64,000 nt of DNA from an uncultured Pseudomonadota bacterium (GCA_964384365.1 CAYLKF010000001.1:124163-188162), one strand, 5' to 3'. Positions 38,303 through 51,835 are shown, counted from the first letter of the stretch. Notes: generated by a model not told the origin, from the letters alone. Numbers and translations are program-made.

Positions 38303-39091
38303 CTACTTCTTGGAATCTTGTGCCATGCGATCGATCGTGAACGAAATCGGAAGTTCTACACTCACTTCTGCAGGCGCTTTGGAGGCACTTCCTTCTTGCA
38401 CACCAATGGCAGCCAAGGTGGCAGGAGTATCTGCAGGTGGCGTAGGGCCTAAACTTTCAACGTAATGTGTGAGTGCCCATCGATCATCAAGCGATAAGGT
38501 TGAAAAGGAGGCCATCGGGCTTCCTGAAATTCCATTGGTGATTGTTTTGAAAACTTGAGCAGGAGCACGCCCATTTTTCCAACCTTCAGCCGAAGTAAAG
38601 TTACGGGGATGTGGATTCAAAGCAGAAGCGGCAGGACCATCGCCACGCCCCTCTGCACCATGACAAGAAACGCAATTGGTTTGATATAAAGCTTTGCCTT
38701 TGGCAATCAACTCAGGTGTAGAGACTCTCAACTGATTGATCTTCGCAGACTGATTGCCCTCCGGCTCTTGAATAGGAGTAACAACTGCAGGAGCATAAGT
38801 CGGGCGCGCCAACTCATCACTTAAAGTCAACCCAATAAAAATCGCAAAAAAGACAAAAGCAGAGACGAACACAACTTGATTGAATCGATTATCATACTTC
38901 AGATGCATGAAATACAAACAAACCAAACTTGCTTTAATAGTGGCCACCAGCATGGCCACGAATATATTCCAATCTCCGAAATCATAATAAGAGACCGTGA
39001 CAGTAACAACGGTCAAAACCAACAAAGTAAGCCACACGCCAACATAGGCTTTTGTGTGGTGTGCAGAATCTTCGTGATGGGATGTACTCAT
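38303..39091 (-). CDS. Cytochrome c oxidase subunit IV-like membrane domain fused to a mono-heme c-type cytochrome
   Basis: The N-terminal two-TM region with HH..KAY..VW resembles bacterial CoxIV/QoxD. The C-terminal CVSCHG heme-c site and a Met-containing distal region are present. Confidence 0.6.
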   Translation of the reverse strand: MSTSHHEDSAHHTKAYVGVWLTLLVLTVVTVTVSYYDFGDWNIFVAMLVATIKASLVCLYFMHLKYDNRFNQVVFVSAFVFFAIFIGLTLSDELARPTYAPAVVTPIQEPEGNQSAKINQLRVSTPELIAKGKALYQTNCVSCHGAEGRGDGPAASALNPHPRNFTSAEGWKNGRAPAQVFKTITNGISGSPMASFSTLSLDDRWALTHYVESLGPTPPADTPATLAAIGVQEGSASKAPAEVSVELPISFTIDRMAQDSKK

Positions 39092-39148
39092 ATTTTTTCC
39101 TAAAAAAATAACAATCGATTCTTAAGACTATAAAGTCAGTTTTATTTG

Positions 39149-39802
39149 TTATCCAATCAGATACAAAAGCGGAAATAGATAGATCCAGATCAAATCGACC
39201 AAATGCCAGTAAATTCCCGCGACCTCGACCGTTGTATAATACTCACTTCCATAAACCCCTTTACGCGACTGCATCCAAACCCACGCAATCAAACCCATTC
39301 CCACCAAGACGTGAATGCCATGGAGGCCCGTCATCATAAAATAAAGAGAGAAAAACAAAGGGGCCTTTGGATCTTTAATACCTTCAAAGTGATAAAGCCC
39401 TGCAGGCAACATTCCTTCGTGAAATTTATGAGAGTATTCGAAATACTTAATTACCATGAAGGTCGCCGCGCAAAGCAGAGTAAAAATCAAAAGCAAATTA
39501 GCAGTTTTAGTTTTATTTTCGCGCGTCTTTTGCACCGCCATGGCCATTGAAAAACTCGAGCAAATCAGAACCACTGTATTGATCGAGCCCATCACGCGAT
39601 TTAATTCACGACTCGCTTCATGAAATGCATGCGGGTAAAGGGCATGGTAAACAATGTAGGCTACAAAAAGCCCACCAAAGAGAAGAATTTCAGTCACCAA
39701 AAAAAGCCAAACACCGGTCTTGGAAGACTCAAAGGCCTGCTCGGCAGACTCAAAATGGTGAGGCACAACGTGATTACCTTGAATAACAATTGGTTCAGAC
39801 AT
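39149..39802 (-). CDS. coxC: Cytochrome c oxidase subunit III
   Basis: Conserved COX3 helices (FLVTEILLFGGLF...HGIHVLVG). Confidence 0.85.
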   Translation of the reverse strand: MSEPIVIQGNHVVPHHFESAEQAFESSKTGVWLFLVTEILLFGGLFVAYIVYHALYPHAFHEASRELNRVMGSINTVVLICSSFSMAMAVQKTRENKTKTANLLLIFTLLCAATFMVIKYFEYSHKFHEGMLPAGLYHFEGIKDPKAPLFFSLYFMMTGLHGIHVLVGMGLIAWVWMQSRKGVYGSEYYTTVEVAGIYWHLVDLIWIYLFPLLYLIG

Positions 39803-39839
39803 AATTTTTTCCTCTTACTTTGATCAACAACCCTTCCTC

Positions 39840-41453
<1,614 letters not shown>

Positions 41454-41465
41454 AGAGCTCCTTAA

Positions 41466-42476
41466 TTAATTGCTTAAACTCTTCACGTAGGCGACTAAAG
41501 CATTTACTTCATCATCCGATAAAGTCCCCTTGAAAGTAGGCATTAAAGGTTGAAAACCTTTCACCACTTTCACGTTTGGATCCATAATCGATTCGCGAAC
41601 ATAATTTTCATCGGCAACAACTTTCTTGCCATCACTCAACTCGACTTCATGGCCAAAAATACCTTTTACACTGGGGCCCACCAAAGTTTGACCCGTCACT
41701 GTATGGCAAGCGGTGCAGCCTTTTGTTTCAAAAAGTTTTTTGCCTCGATCGGCAGGACTTTCAGTTGCAGCGGGAGCCGCACCTTTAGCATCTGTTTTTG
41801 CAGCAACTGCCGCGGGTTCAGACGGGGTAATTCCTAACATCTTTTCCCATTCCCATTTCTTCTGCCACTTCTCATACTCCTCGGGCTCTACAACTTTGAT
41901 TTTAGCAAGCATTCCCGAATGAGAAGTGCCACAATACTCCGCGCAAAATACTTGAAATTCTCCGAGTTGATTGGCTTGAAACCAAAGCATCGTATAAGTG
42001 CCGGGCACCAGATCTTGCTTCACTCGAAAATCTGGGATGAAAAAACTATGAAGCACATCAGTAGCAGTCATAATAAGCTTAACGGGCTTGTTGTTTGGAA
42101 CAACCAACTCATTTAACATTTTGCGCCCATTGGTATATTCAAACTCCCAACTCCATTGACGCCCGAGCACATTAATTTCTAGTGCATTGGCTGGTACTTT
42201 ACGCATCTTTTGATAATCGACCCACCCCCAGGCAAAAATAAACATGACAAGGAAAAAAAGCCCTACCATCACAGCGCCCTCAAGAAGAGGATGCCCCTCG
42301 ATATAAGGAGTTGTATCTGGATCACTTTTACGACGATGGTAATTTTTTAAAAAGTAAACGATCGCAGCAATGACGGCGATAAAGCTAATCAGAGAAGCCG
42401 TTAAGATAAAATTAAACAACTGATCGACATCTTTTGCCAATGTTGAAGCTTGGGGTAAGGTAAATAATGCCAACAT
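41466..42476 (-). CDS. coxB: Cytochrome c oxidase subunit II with a C-terminal cytochrome c domain (caa3-type)
   Basis: CuA site HSFFIPDF...CAEYCGTSHSGM plus C-terminal CTACH. Confidence 0.9.
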   Translation of the reverse strand: MLALFTLPQASTLAKDVDQLFNFILTASLISFIAVIAAIVYFLKNYHRRKSDPDTTPYIEGHPLLEGAVMVGLFFLVMFIFAWGWVDYQKMRKVPANALEINVLGRQWSWEFEYTNGRKMLNELVVPNNKPVKLIMTATDVLHSFFIPDFRVKQDLVPGTYTMLWFQANQLGEFQVFCAEYCGTSHSGMLAKIKVVEPEEYEKWQKKWEWEKMLGITPSEPAAVAAKTDAKGAAPAATESPADRGKKLFETKGCTACHTVTGQTLVGPSVKGIFGHEVELSDGKKVVADENYVRESIMDPNVKVVKGFQPLMPTFKGTLSDDEVNALVAYVKSLSN

Positions 42477-42520
42477 TTAAGATTTCCTCATGCGATCTCA
42501 GTCTTAACCAAAACCACCGA

Positions 42521-43345
42521 TTAAGAACGAAATCTTTTTTTATTTTTGATCAAAGATACACTCAAAAAAATCACTAAACCAAAAATCGTTACTGCTCCTG
42601 CAACCTTCATTAAATTAACGGCAAGTAAGGCATATTTTCTGCCCTTTGGATCGTAGTGATAACAAAACATCAACAAACGATCGACAACCGTTCCAATCTT
42701 TCCTTGCGAGGCCTCCAAGAGAGCCAACTTTAAATCTCGGAGTGAAAAGCTAATTCCATATAAAACGCGTGAAAGTTTTCCTTCGGGGGTTAAAATAAAA
42801 ATCCCCGCAGCATGGGCATACTGTTTTTCTTCAGCATCGTAACGATAATTAAACCCGAGTGTCGAAGCCACTTTGCGAACATCGGCCTCTGATCCGGTTA
42901 GAAAATGCCACCCCTTTTCGGCCGAAGGACGCGTATAAATTTCTAAAATATTCTTTTTCTTTGCCGCAGCAAGCTCTGGCCCTTCTTTTGGATCAATACT
43001 CAGAGTCACCACATCGAATTGTTCTCCCACACTCCAAGGAAAAGTTTTGAGAGAATCTAAAAACCCTTTCAACAACAAACCACAAAGATTGGGGCATTCA
43101 TAATAAACCAGGGTGACAATCACAGGCCGCTTTCCATCGAAAAATGCCTTCAACTCTTTCTTCTCTCCTTTTTCATCTAAAAAAGGAGTGTTGAGATCGA
43201 GCGTTGCCCCCAATTTTTCGTCGATTCCAATTCCTTGCAATTCATAAGGAACGGGCTCTGCCGCATTTAAAAAGAATGCTTTACACTGTAAAAGAGCAAA
43301 AACTGCAAAAATCAAAATCCAATATTTCTTTTTTTGAACAAACAC
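42521..43345 (-). CDS. SCO1/SenC copper chaperone
   Basis: Thioredoxin-like fold with a CPNLC (CxxxC) motif. Confidence 0.8.
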   Translation of the reverse strand: MFVQKKKYWILIFAVFALLQCKAFFLNAAEPVPYELQGIGIDEKLGATLDLNTPFLDEKGEKKELKAFFDGKRPVIVTLVYYECPNLCGLLLKGFLDSLKTFPWSVGEQFDVVTLSIDPKEGPELAAAKKKNILEIYTRPSAEKGWHFLTGSEADVRKVASTLGFNYRYDAEEKQYAHAAGIFILTPEGKLSRVLYGISFSLRDLKLALLEASQGKIGTVVDRLLMFCYHYDPKGRKYALLAVNLMKVAGAVTIFGLVIFLSVSLIKNKKRFRS

Positions 43346-43381
43346 AAAACCAATCCTGCAAAGCGCTTTGCCCCCACCTGC

Positions 43382-44566
43382 TTATTGGTGGTGATTTAAA
43401 GCACTTTCCAATTGCGGATCTCGAATGGCAACCGCCGAAACTTTGCTTAAGGTATTTCCAACACTCCACAGAAATAATCCGGCAAAGCCAATAAACAAAC
43501 CGATTTCCATCCATCCAAAAACGGGTGCTTTGAAAAAATTAGGATAAACCAGCCAATAAATATCAAGCCATTGGGCCGCTAAATACCAAAGTGCCATCAC
43601 AATCAAGATACTTTCTTTGCGCTTCGGAGGTCGGGCAATCAACACAAAGAACGGAATTACAAATTTAAACAAGACCACTGCATACGAAACAGGTTTCCAG
43701 GGCCCCGAGCGCATCAGGTAAAATACTGTTTCTTCAGGAAGGTTGGCATACCAAATCAGAATCAACTGCGAAAAAGCGATATAGCCCCAGAAAACCAGAA
43801 ATGCGAACATCAACTTCCCGAGATCGTGATAGTGATTCTCATTCACAAAGCCGGCCAAATACCCCTTTCGCTTTAAGAAAACAGTCCAAAGCGTGAGCAT
43901 GGCCAACCCACTGTAAAAAAGACCCGCCCAGCAATAAATTCCAAAAATGGTTGAAAACCAGTGAGGCAAAAGCGACATGATGAGATCAATACTGGCGAAG
44001 GTAAACAACCAACCAAAAAGCAAAAGAAAAGGAGCCGCAATCTTTGCATTCAATCGAGTGAGATTGACATCGCCCGACTGATCTTGACGCACCGAGTTTT
44101 TATAAATCCATCCTCCCAAAATAAGGATGGCAGCATAGAGAGCAATGTGACGCACAACGAAAAAAGGCGTATTTAAATACCCCATTTTTTGAACAAGGTT
44201 GGGATCAGCCTTCATTGCCTCGGGATGAGTCCACTCATATAAATGATGAAGTCCAAAGAGCAAAACAATAAACAAGGGAATTAAATACGGAATAAAACCA
44301 AAGAAAACTTCCGATACCCGGCGCACCGTCACACTCCAATACGCACCCGAAAGATATTGAAGGGCCGAAAAGAAAATTCCTGCAAACCCTAAACACATCC
44401 AAAAAAAGTATTGGACCAAAAAATTCACCCAAGCGCGCTGAACATCAACCTTGAGAGAAATAGCGAAAGTGAGCACCCCGATCCCCATCATCAAAAACCA
44501 CAAAGTTTTTTGAGAAGAAGACCACGCAAAGGGTTTTGGCGGAGATGGAATATGAGACTGCATCAT
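43382..44566 (-). CDS. actF: Alternative Complex III subunit ActF (NrfD-like membrane subunit)
   Basis: 394-aa polytopic protein of the NrfD/PsrC type following ActE. Assigned by operon position. Confidence 0.6.
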   Translation of the reverse strand: MMQSHIPSPPKPFAWSSSQKTLWFLMMGIGVLTFAISLKVDVQRAWVNFLVQYFFWMCLGFAGIFFSALQYLSGAYWSVTVRRVSEVFFGFIPYLIPLFIVLLFGLHHLYEWTHPEAMKADPNLVQKMGYLNTPFFVVRHIALYAAILILGGWIYKNSVRQDQSGDVNLTRLNAKIAAPFLLLFGWLFTFASIDLIMSLLPHWFSTIFGIYCWAGLFYSGLAMLTLWTVFLKRKGYLAGFVNENHYHDLGKLMFAFLVFWGYIAFSQLILIWYANLPEETVFYLMRSGPWKPVSYAVVLFKFVIPFFVLIARPPKRKESILIVMALWYLAAQWLDIYWLVYPNFFKAPVFGWMEIGLFIGFAGLFLWSVGNTLSKVSAVAIRDPQLESALNHHQ

Positions 44567-45162
44567 GGAAGTTCTCCCTCCTTGAGGGCCTTTTTCAAAG
44601 CCTCTACGTCTTGCGGATTAGGCTTTGCAGCACGTTGTAAAACTCGAACATAATCAACAATCGCCCAACGATCGGCCGGACGAATTTGAGTGGCATAAGA
44701 GGGCATTAAATTTTGTCCTCGCGTGATCACATGGTAAATTCTTCCGTCGGACCAATCGCGAACTTTATCGGAAAGTAAAGAAGGAGGTCGCGGGAATTTA
44801 GGAACAATATAACCATCGCCTTTTCCGCGCTCGCCATGACAAACAATGCAATAAATATTGAACAGCTGCTGACCATGCAAAAGATTGGCTTTGGTCATCA
44901 CTACGGGATTTTTTAATTCTACCCCAGCCAAATCCCCCTGATCTTGGGCATAAGGATAAGGATCATAATCTCGAGGCAGGGTTCCTTCAACCGGAAGCCT
45001 GGGCGGCTCTCGGTAAGCCTTCACTGCAGGAGTATCTACCATGTTGGGCATGTATTCCCAGGGGGGCTTAGACTTCGTACTCGAGCACGCGGCTAAGCAA
45101 AACAAAGGAATAAGAACCAGATATCTTTGAAATGCTCTAAAAATGTTTAATTTCTTTTGCAT
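44563..45162 (-). CDS. actE: ACIII mono-heme cytochrome c lipoprotein ActE
   Basis: Lipobox (LFCLAAC) and CIVCHG heme-binding site. Confidence 0.65.
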   Translation of the reverse strand: MQKKLNIFRAFQRYLVLIPLFCLAACSSTKSKPPWEYMPNMVDTPAVKAYREPPRLPVEGTLPRDYDPYPYAQDQGDLAGVELKNPVVMTKANLLHGQQLFNIYCIVCHGERGKGDGYIVPKFPRPPSLLSDKVRDWSDGRIYHVITRGQNLMPSYATQIRPADRWAIVDYVRVLQRAAKPNPQDVEALKKALKEGELP

Positions 45163-45664
45163 GACATTCCTTGAATATTTTCGAAAGCTCAACTTCATCA
45201 AAACGAGGATCTTTTTTCTCGATAAACAAACCAAATAAATCATCAGTTAATCTTAAATCTAAAGCGGGTTTCTTACGATTTGGAAGACGACAATTGAATA
45301 AAAGCAAAAGCACTGTAGAAATTCCGCCAATCAAAATCGTGAGTTCAAAAGTAATTGGAACAAAGGCAGGCACCGATATATAAGGTTTTCCGGCAATATT
45401 AAGGGGCCAATCCACTGCCATGGTCCAACTTTGAAAACCAAAACCGAGGGCCATACCGGTAAGCCCCATGGCTAAAGTACCCCATGGAATCCACGAGCGT
45501 TTAAGACCTAAGGCCTCGATCACTTCGTGCACTGGAAAAGGTGTAAAGGCCTCAAGTTTTGTAATTTGCAGAGAACGTGTTTTTTTAATCGCCGCAACTA
45601 ACTCTTCGGGGCTTTCAAAGAGAGCCAAAGTTCCTGCATCGGGTTTTTCGTTCATGAGTTCCAT
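45137..45664 (-). CDS. actD: ACIII subunit ActD
   Basis: Small protein with one TM helix, positioned between ActC and ActE. Confidence 0.55.
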   Translation of the reverse strand: MELMNEKPDAGTLALFESPEELVAAIKKTRSLQITKLEAFTPFPVHEVIEALGLKRSWIPWGTLAMGLTGMALGFGFQSWTMAVDWPLNIAGKPYISVPAFVPITFELTILIGGISTVLLLLFNCRLPNRKKPALDLRLTDDLFGLFIEKKDPRFDEVELSKIFKECHAKEIKHF

Positions 45665-45686
45665 AGAAATTTCCTATTTAAAAAAC

Positions 45687-47069
45687 TTAATGCCCAGATT
45701 CTTTTCCTAAAGCTCTTTTTGGGCTTTTCATGATCGACTTCACTTCAAACATAGCAACTGTGGGTAATACCCGACAGAAGATGAGGAAGAGCATGAAGAA
45801 GAAACCAAAGCTACCAACCAACATGGCCACTTCGTAAATCGTCATGCGATAGTAACCCCAACTCGAAGGAAGAAAATCACGGTGTAACGAAGTTACGATA
45901 ATCACAAATCGCTCAAACCACATTCCAACGTTGATTAAGAGCGAAGCCACAAACATAACCTTGAGATTATTTCGCCACTTCTTCACCCAAAAAATTTGAG
46001 GGGTAATCACGTTGCAGGTCATCATGGTCCAGTAAGCCCAGGCATAAGGACCAAAAGCGCGGTTCATGAAAATGAATTTTTCATACAAGTTGCCGCTATA
46101 CCAGGCGATGAAAAACTCCATGATGTAGGCATAACCTACCATCATCGCCGTCAGCAGCATGACTTTGTTCATGTTTTCTAAATGCTTTAGCGTAATATAT
46201 TCTTTTAAGCCAAAAACTTCGCGAGCAATCACGAGCAGTGTAACCACCATTGCAAAACCTGAAAAAATCGCGCCCGCAACGAAATAGGGGGGGAAAATCG
46301 TGGTGTGCCACCCCGGCAAGATTGAAACAGCGAAATCGAAACTGACGATGGTATGCACCGAAAGCACAAGAGGAGTACTCAAGCCCGCCAAGATCAAGCA
46401 AACAATTTCATAGTGGTTCCAATTGCGCGCGGACCCTCTCCAACCAAAAGAAAGAATGGTATAAATGATCTTGCGGATCTTGTTTTTTGCGCGATCTCGA
46501 ACCGAGGCGATATCGGGAATCAAACCGATATACCAAAACAAAAGAGAGATCGTGAAATAGGTAGATACCGCAAAAACGTCCCAGACCAAGGGCGACTTAA
46601 AATTCACCCACAACTGGCGTTGGTTGGGATAGGGAAATAACCAGAAAAAAGCATACCAAGGGCGGCCTGTATGAATGAGCGGAAAAATACCAGCGGTCAT
46701 CACTGCGAAAATGGTCATGGCTTCTGCCGCGCGGTTAATCGAGGTTCTCCATTTTTGGCGGAATAAAAGCAAAATCGCCGAGATGAGGGTTCCGGCGTGA
46801 CCAATACCAATCCAAAAAACGAAAGTGGTAATATCAACCGCCCAACCCACCGGGCTATTCAAGCCCCAAGTTCCAATTCCTGTGGCAATGGTCTTACCCA
46901 CCATGACGGCCCCGAAAGAAAACAATGCCAAGGCACAGAGAAAAGTACCCCACCAAAGTTTAGTTGGAAAACTCTCTAGGGGTTTACAAACATCTTGGTT
47001 TACATCCGCATACGTTTTATTCGGATCAACCAAAGGCTGTGTAGAAAATGGGCTTAAAGCAGTTTCCAT
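45687..47069 (-). CDS. actC: ACIII quinol-oxidising NrfD/PsrC-like membrane subunit ActC
   Basis: 460-aa, 10-TM polysulfide-reductase-type subunit. Confidence 0.8.
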   Translation of the reverse strand: METALSPFSTQPLVDPNKTYADVNQDVCKPLESFPTKLWWGTFLCALALFSFGAVMVGKTIATGIGTWGLNSPVGWAVDITTFVFWIGIGHAGTLISAILLLFRQKWRTSINRAAEAMTIFAVMTAGIFPLIHTGRPWYAFFWLFPYPNQRQLWVNFKSPLVWDVFAVSTYFTISLLFWYIGLIPDIASVRDRAKNKIRKIIYTILSFGWRGSARNWNHYEIVCLILAGLSTPLVLSVHTIVSFDFAVSILPGWHTTIFPPYFVAGAIFSGFAMVVTLLVIAREVFGLKEYITLKHLENMNKVMLLTAMMVGYAYIMEFFIAWYSGNLYEKFIFMNRAFGPYAWAYWTMMTCNVITPQIFWVKKWRNNLKVMFVASLLINVGMWFERFVIIVTSLHRDFLPSSWGYYRMTIYEVAMLVGSFGFFFMLFLIFCRVLPTVAMFEVKSIMKSPKRALGKESGH

Positions 47070-47073
47070 TTCT

Positions 47074-50000
47074 TTATCCTTCTACCGATTGGTTTCTAAT
47101 TTTCTTCAAATAGGTGATTTGAGATTTCACATTCAATTCTTCAAGCACCGTGTAAGCGCGCTTATTCTCGCGCAAATGACTCAACTCACTCTCATGATTA
47201 TTCGAATCTCCAAACGTAATCGCATCGGTCGGGCAAGTTTGCTGACAAGCCGTCTTAATTTCGTTGGCCGCCACTCTTCGATTTTCAGCTTTTGCCTTAT
47301 CTTTGGCACCGCGAATCCGCTGAATACAAAGCGTGCACTTTTCCATCACCCCGCGACTTCGGGTGGTGACATCGGGGTTCAAAACTAAATTGACGGGATC
47401 AACATACTGCCTGGAATATTCAAAAAAGTTGAAGCGCCTTACCTTATAAGGACAGTTGTTTGCACAATACCGCGTCCCCACACAGCGGTTGTAGATCATT
47501 TGATTTAAGCCTTCATCATCGTGAACAGTCGCAATCACCGGACAAACGGTTTCGCAAGGGGCATTTTCACAATGTTGGCAAAGCATCGGCTGATTCGACA
47601 CATCAGGATTCTCAAGATTTCCAGAATAGTAGCGATCAATACGAATCCAATGCATTTCCCGGCCATTAATCACCTGTTGTTTACCCACTACCGGAATATT
47701 ATTTTCGGCCTGACATCCAATCACGCAGGCATTGCAGCCCGTGCAAGAATTCAAATCAATGGCCATACCCCAACGATAAGTTTTATATTCATAAACCGGC
47801 CACATGGTGGGGAGTTGTTCAGAACCTTCTGCACCGTGATGAGCTTCTGCTTTTTTCTCGCCCTCACCTTTTACAAACTGCGCAAAAGTTGCCTCTCGAA
47901 CAATATCGCGGCCTTCTAAAGTATTGTGCCCTTGGGTAATGGCAATTTTCGATTTTTTGCCGGTTTTACCGAGGCTCACAGCCCCCGCACTCCAGGTTAA
48001 GGTTTTTCCTGCTTCTTGACCCGAGTTGTAACTTTCTGTTTTTTGGAAAGGAAAAACGTTGACTCCCAACTCATTCCCCACACGACCCGCCTTACGACGC
48101 CCGTATCCCACAGCGATCATCACTGTTTTGGGAGAGAGTTTAAGCTGCACATGAACAGGGGCCTCGAAAGAAAACCCTTCGCCCTTCACCGCCACCACAT
48201 CATCTTGCTCTAAACTTAATTTTTTAGCGAGCTCCGGCGAGATCGAAAGATAGTTCTCCCAAGTCGCTTTTGAAACCGGATCAGGCAACTCTTGCAACCA
48301 AGCATTATTCGCTGAGCGGCCATCGGCTTGGGCCAAAGAAGGATAAAAACTTAAGAAAATTTCACCTTTTTCTTCGGAAACACCCTGAAGCAAATCTTTT
48401 AAGGCAGAAGTACGTGCAGAACGCGCAGAAGAAGTGGATTCTCGTCTCGACTTCGAGCCATCCACCACACCTTCTTGAAGAGCTTTTTCCCAAAAAGCAT
48501 TAAATGATTTACCATTTCCGTAACTGGGCGACACTCTCTGTTGCCAATAGGTTTTTAAGTAATCGTACCAACCCTTGCTCTCTATTCCGGCCCATTGAAT
48601 TAAAGAATCTTGCATCGAACGCGTTTGATAAAGCGGGGCAATGGTAGGCTGAACTAAGCTAAAAACTCCTTCTACCGGAGAAGCATCATTCCAAGATTCT
48701 AAAGAATGAGAAACCGGGCAAACATAATGAGAAGCTTGTGCCGTCTCATCGAGCCGATCGGAGAAACTGATCACCAATGGCACCTTCTTTAAAGCTTCTG
48801 CAAAACCTAGAGAACTGGGCAGATTATAAAGAGGATTACTCTCTGAAATCAGAAGAGCTCCTACTTTTCCGGCCTTCATAGAATCAATCAAGCCCAGCAA
48901 AGCGAGAAAAGAGCTCTTACCTGGATTAAACGGCGTTGCGTAATCGACGGTAACTCCATCGTTTTCTAACGCCGAATTTAAAATACTCACGGCTACCTGC
49001 AAAGCGACTGCATGCTTTGCCCTGAGGGCACCTCCAACAACGAGACCTTTTCCACGTTTTTCCCACAATTCTTTTGCAAGGCGTTGCAGAACTTCGGCCT
49101 TCACACCCGTTTGAGCCGCCACTTTTTCAACTGAATAATTTTCTAAAGCTTCTCTTAAACTTCCATCGCCACTGTAACGAGAATTTCTATTTTTTAAGAT
49201 AATTTCATTGGCAAGAGCCAAGGCAATACTCAACTCATCGCCGGGTTTTACCTGAACATATTCATCGGCATTTTGCCCGGTCATGGAGAGCGTTGATTCA
49301 ACAGCCACAAACCGCGACATTTTCCCGGTGTCTACTTTTCGAAGTTCAGAAAAATCTTTGGCAAATTCAACAGGAGAAAGCCAAGTACCCAAGAAATCTG
49401 CCCCGAACGATAAAATATATTGGGCCCGATCAAAACGATAATGAGGCGTTAAATTCTCGCCATAAACCAACTCTTGGGCAATTCCAATTTCCTCGGGAAC
49501 TAAAGGATCAAACGAAACATGAGCGCCCTCCGGAAAATTTTTCAAAAAATCTTGAATAAGGGCCAAAGTACTAGGGCTATTAATCGCTGCGCTGAGCAGG
49601 GTCACACTCTGACCACTCTGCTTGATTTCCAAAAGCTTAGTGCGAATCTTTTCATCAATTTCTTGCCATTTTTTTCCGTTCACAGCTCCCGATTGAACCA
49701 AGCCTGGCCCCTTCAAACGATCGGGATCATACAAACCCAAGACCGAAGCCTGACCTCGGGCACATAAACTTCCGCGATTTAAAGGATGTAAATCATTCCC
49801 CTCGAGCTTGATTGGGCGGCCTTCGCGTGTTTTTGCCAAAACACCGCAGGCCATCGAACACTCTCCACAAGTAGTCGCATACCAATCGGCCACTCCAGGC
49901 ACCACTTCTTCGGGACGATTCACGTAAGGAATGATTTTCTCAACCGGACGACGATAACAGCCCGCTGTAGCAAAAAGAAGACCCGCACCCATCACCTTTA

Positions 50001-50139
50001 GAAAAGAGCGGCGGTCCATTTCGGTAATGCTGTGTTCTTGAGGAGCTTGCAAAAACTCTTTACTCTTTTGTTCTTGAAACTCCGGAGTGTTGTAATACTC
50101 TTCTAAACTTCCCCAATGGCTTGGATGATTTTCATTCAT
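47074..50139 (-). CDS. actB: ACIII subunit ActB (molybdopterin-oxidoreductase-like domain fused to a 4Fe-4S ferredoxin domain)
   Basis: Tat signal ([11 protein letters not shown]), a CxxCxxxC N-terminal cluster and multiple CxxCxxCxxxCP ferredoxin motifs in the C-terminal third. 1021 aa. Confidence 0.9.
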   Translation of the reverse strand: MNENHPSHWGSLEEYYNTPEFQEQKSKEFLQAPQEHSITEMDRRSFLKVMGAGLLFATAGCYRRPVEKIIPYVNRPEEVVPGVADWYATTCGECSMACGVLAKTREGRPIKLEGNDLHPLNRGSLCARGQASVLGLYDPDRLKGPGLVQSGAVNGKKWQEIDEKIRTKLLEIKQSGQSVTLLSAAINSPSTLALIQDFLKNFPEGAHVSFDPLVPEEIGIAQELVYGENLTPHYRFDRAQYILSFGADFLGTWLSPVEFAKDFSELRKVDTGKMSRFVAVESTLSMTGQNADEYVQVKPGDELSIALALANEIILKNRNSRYSGDGSLREALENYSVEKVAAQTGVKAEVLQRLAKELWEKRGKGLVVGGALRAKHAVALQVAVSILNSALENDGVTVDYATPFNPGKSSFLALLGLIDSMKAGKVGALLISESNPLYNLPSSLGFAEALKKVPLVISFSDRLDETAQASHYVCPVSHSLESWNDASPVEGVFSLVQPTIAPLYQTRSMQDSLIQWAGIESKGWYDYLKTYWQQRVSPSYGNGKSFNAFWEKALQEGVVDGSKSRRESTSSARSARTSALKDLLQGVSEEKGEIFLSFYPSLAQADGRSANNAWLQELPDPVSKATWENYLSISPELAKKLSLEQDDVVAVKGEGFSFEAPVHVQLKLSPKTVMIAVGYGRRKAGRVGNELGVNVFPFQKTESYNSGQEAGKTLTWSAGAVSLGKTGKKSKIAITQGHNTLEGRDIVREATFAQFVKGEGEKKAEAHHGAEGSEQLPTMWPVYEYKTYRWGMAIDLNSCTGCNACVIGCQAENNIPVVGKQQVINGREMHWIRIDRYYSGNLENPDVSNQPMLCQHCENAPCETVCPVIATVHDDEGLNQMIYNRCVGTRYCANNCPYKVRRFNFFEYSRQYVDPVNLVLNPDVTTRSRGVMEKCTLCIQRIRGAKDKAKAENRRVAANEIKTACQQTCPTDAITFGDSNNHESELSHLRENKRAYTVLEELNVKSQITYLKKIRNQSVEG

Positions 50140-50193
50140 AATTTTACTCTTCCCCTCTCCCTACCCTATCTCTCCTGGGGGTGAGGGGGATTT

Positions 50194-50712
50194 TTAATGA
50201 TGACAAGTGTAACAACTCGTTGGAGCTCCTTTTTGACGATGACAATCCAGACAGAAGCCCATGTTCAACGGTTTCATTTGAGTGATTTTACTCATGTCTT
50301 TCACATCGCCATGACAAGATTCGCAGGCAATTCCCTTGGCAATATGCGGGCGATGATTAAAGTATACAAAGTCGGGTTGATCGTGAACTTTGATCCATTC
50401 GAGCGCTTGGCCCTTTTGATACAGGTCGCGGAGTTTTTGAATATAAGGACTATCGGTCTTTACCACCGAATGGCAGTTCATACACACATTCATACTCGGC
50501 ACCGAGGCATGCGCACCTTTATCGGCATTCACATGGCAATAAAGACAAGGAATGCGATTATCTCCGGCATGAATTTTATGACTGAAGGGAATGGGTTGGT
50601 CGGGAGAGTAGCCTACGCCGTTTCCGAGGTTCCACCAGAAATTCAATACAAATCCTACTGCTCCTAAAACCACAACCACAGTAATCGCTAAAATAATCTT
50701 TTTGGAATCCAA
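50194..50712 (-). CDS. actA: ACIII penta-heme cytochrome c ActA
   Basis: Five CxxCH motifs (CLYCH, CMNCH, CESCH, CLDCH, CYTCH) after an N-terminal TM anchor. Confidence 0.85.
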   Translation of the reverse strand: MDSKKIILAITVVVVLGAVGFVLNFWWNLGNGVGYSPDQPIPFSHKIHAGDNRIPCLYCHVNADKGAHASVPSMNVCMNCHSVVKTDSPYIQKLRDLYQKGQALEWIKVHDQPDFVYFNHRPHIAKGIACESCHGDVKDMSKITQMKPLNMGFCLDCHRQKGAPTSCYTCHH

Positions 50713-50965
50713 AGGAGTCGCCCCTTTTCAAGTGATAGAAAGTCTCGTAAAACGGCGCCTATTTAACGTGTGTGATTCGTTCTGTCTAGAATAAAATGAA
50801 TAATCATTCACAAGTTTTGAAAATTATTTTTTTTCCCTCTCCTTCTAAAAATCGGGGGCTTGTGTTTGTACATTCTTAGGTAAATTTTCCATTTTACAAA
50901 TGGGAAGAAAACATTCTATGCCCTCCCCGCCAATTGACTACCAATAATATTTGCAAAGGATTCTT

Positions 50966-51835
50966 ATGAATAAAAAATCTTCTATTCTCTCTTCTATTCT
51001 CTTTTTTGTGTTTCTTGGAGCCTTCCTCTTAAGCCCTACCAAGATATATAGTGGAGGTTCTTTCGCAGAACCCATTCTTAGTTTTCATGAGAGGGCGGGA
51101 TACCCGTGGGGAGCCGAAAAAATTGCTTATTGTCAAGACAGCACGGTGTGGGCGCTCAATTACGAGTATGAAGGTCGTAAATCCTTATGGGTGAATCACG
51201 CGGGAGGAATCGACGAGGGATGGAGATACATTACTGATGTTTCTACCGATATTGGCCAGATTACTTGCATGCAAGGGTTTCTCTTACTCTGGGCCCCTGC
51301 AAGCGGGACTCTTTATTATACCACTGAAGGCCTTCCTTTGATTCCAATCAGCGGTATTTTCCTACCTGAAGACCTTTTTAAAGATATCAGTGCCGGCGTG
51401 GTTGAAACCAGTTCGGGGCCGCGTTATATTCTCTACACGCTGAGCCAAGAAGGATATTTATATCGTCAAGATTTCCTGATTTACCCTCGTCCAGCACCCG
51501 TTGTGCTCAATCATACGCCGAGTGCGATGTCTATCAGTGCAAATGGAGCAGAGATCACAAAAATTGATACCGATGGCTATGCTTATGTCATGAAAAATTG
51601 GATGACCGATCGACGCTGGTACAGTCTTTCTGGACAACCTGGATATTTGCGCCGCGGTTTTTCTAACTATTTAGATATTAAGGCAGGCCCAAACCCAGAT
51701 TACGATCCCTCCTGCACTATTTCTATTTTAGTCTGCCCTCCCACCACTCTTTATTATGGGTTAAAAGACGACCAAACCCTCTGGCGTGGAGAAGTAGGAT
51801 TTTCTTTTCCCATTTCCCCTCCTCCACCGCTCTGA
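50966..51835 (+). CDS. Secreted hypothetical protein
   Basis: Signal peptide (SILSSILFFVFLGAFLL). No recognised domain. The C-terminus is proline-rich (PISPPPPL). Confidence 0.4.
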   Translation: MNKKSSILSSILFFVFLGAFLLSPTKIYSGGSFAEPILSFHERAGYPWGAEKIAYCQDSTVWALNYEYEGRKSLWVNHAGGIDEGWRYITDVSTDIGQITCMQGFLLLWAPASGTLYYTTEGLPLIPISGIFLPEDLFKDISAGVVETSSGPRYILYTLSQEGYLYRQDFLIYPRPAPVVLNHTPSAMSISANGAEITKIDTDGYAYVMKNWMTDRRWYSLSGQPGYLRRGFSNYLDIKAGPNPDYDPSCTISILVCPPTTLYYGLKDDQTLWRGEVGFSFPISPPPPL

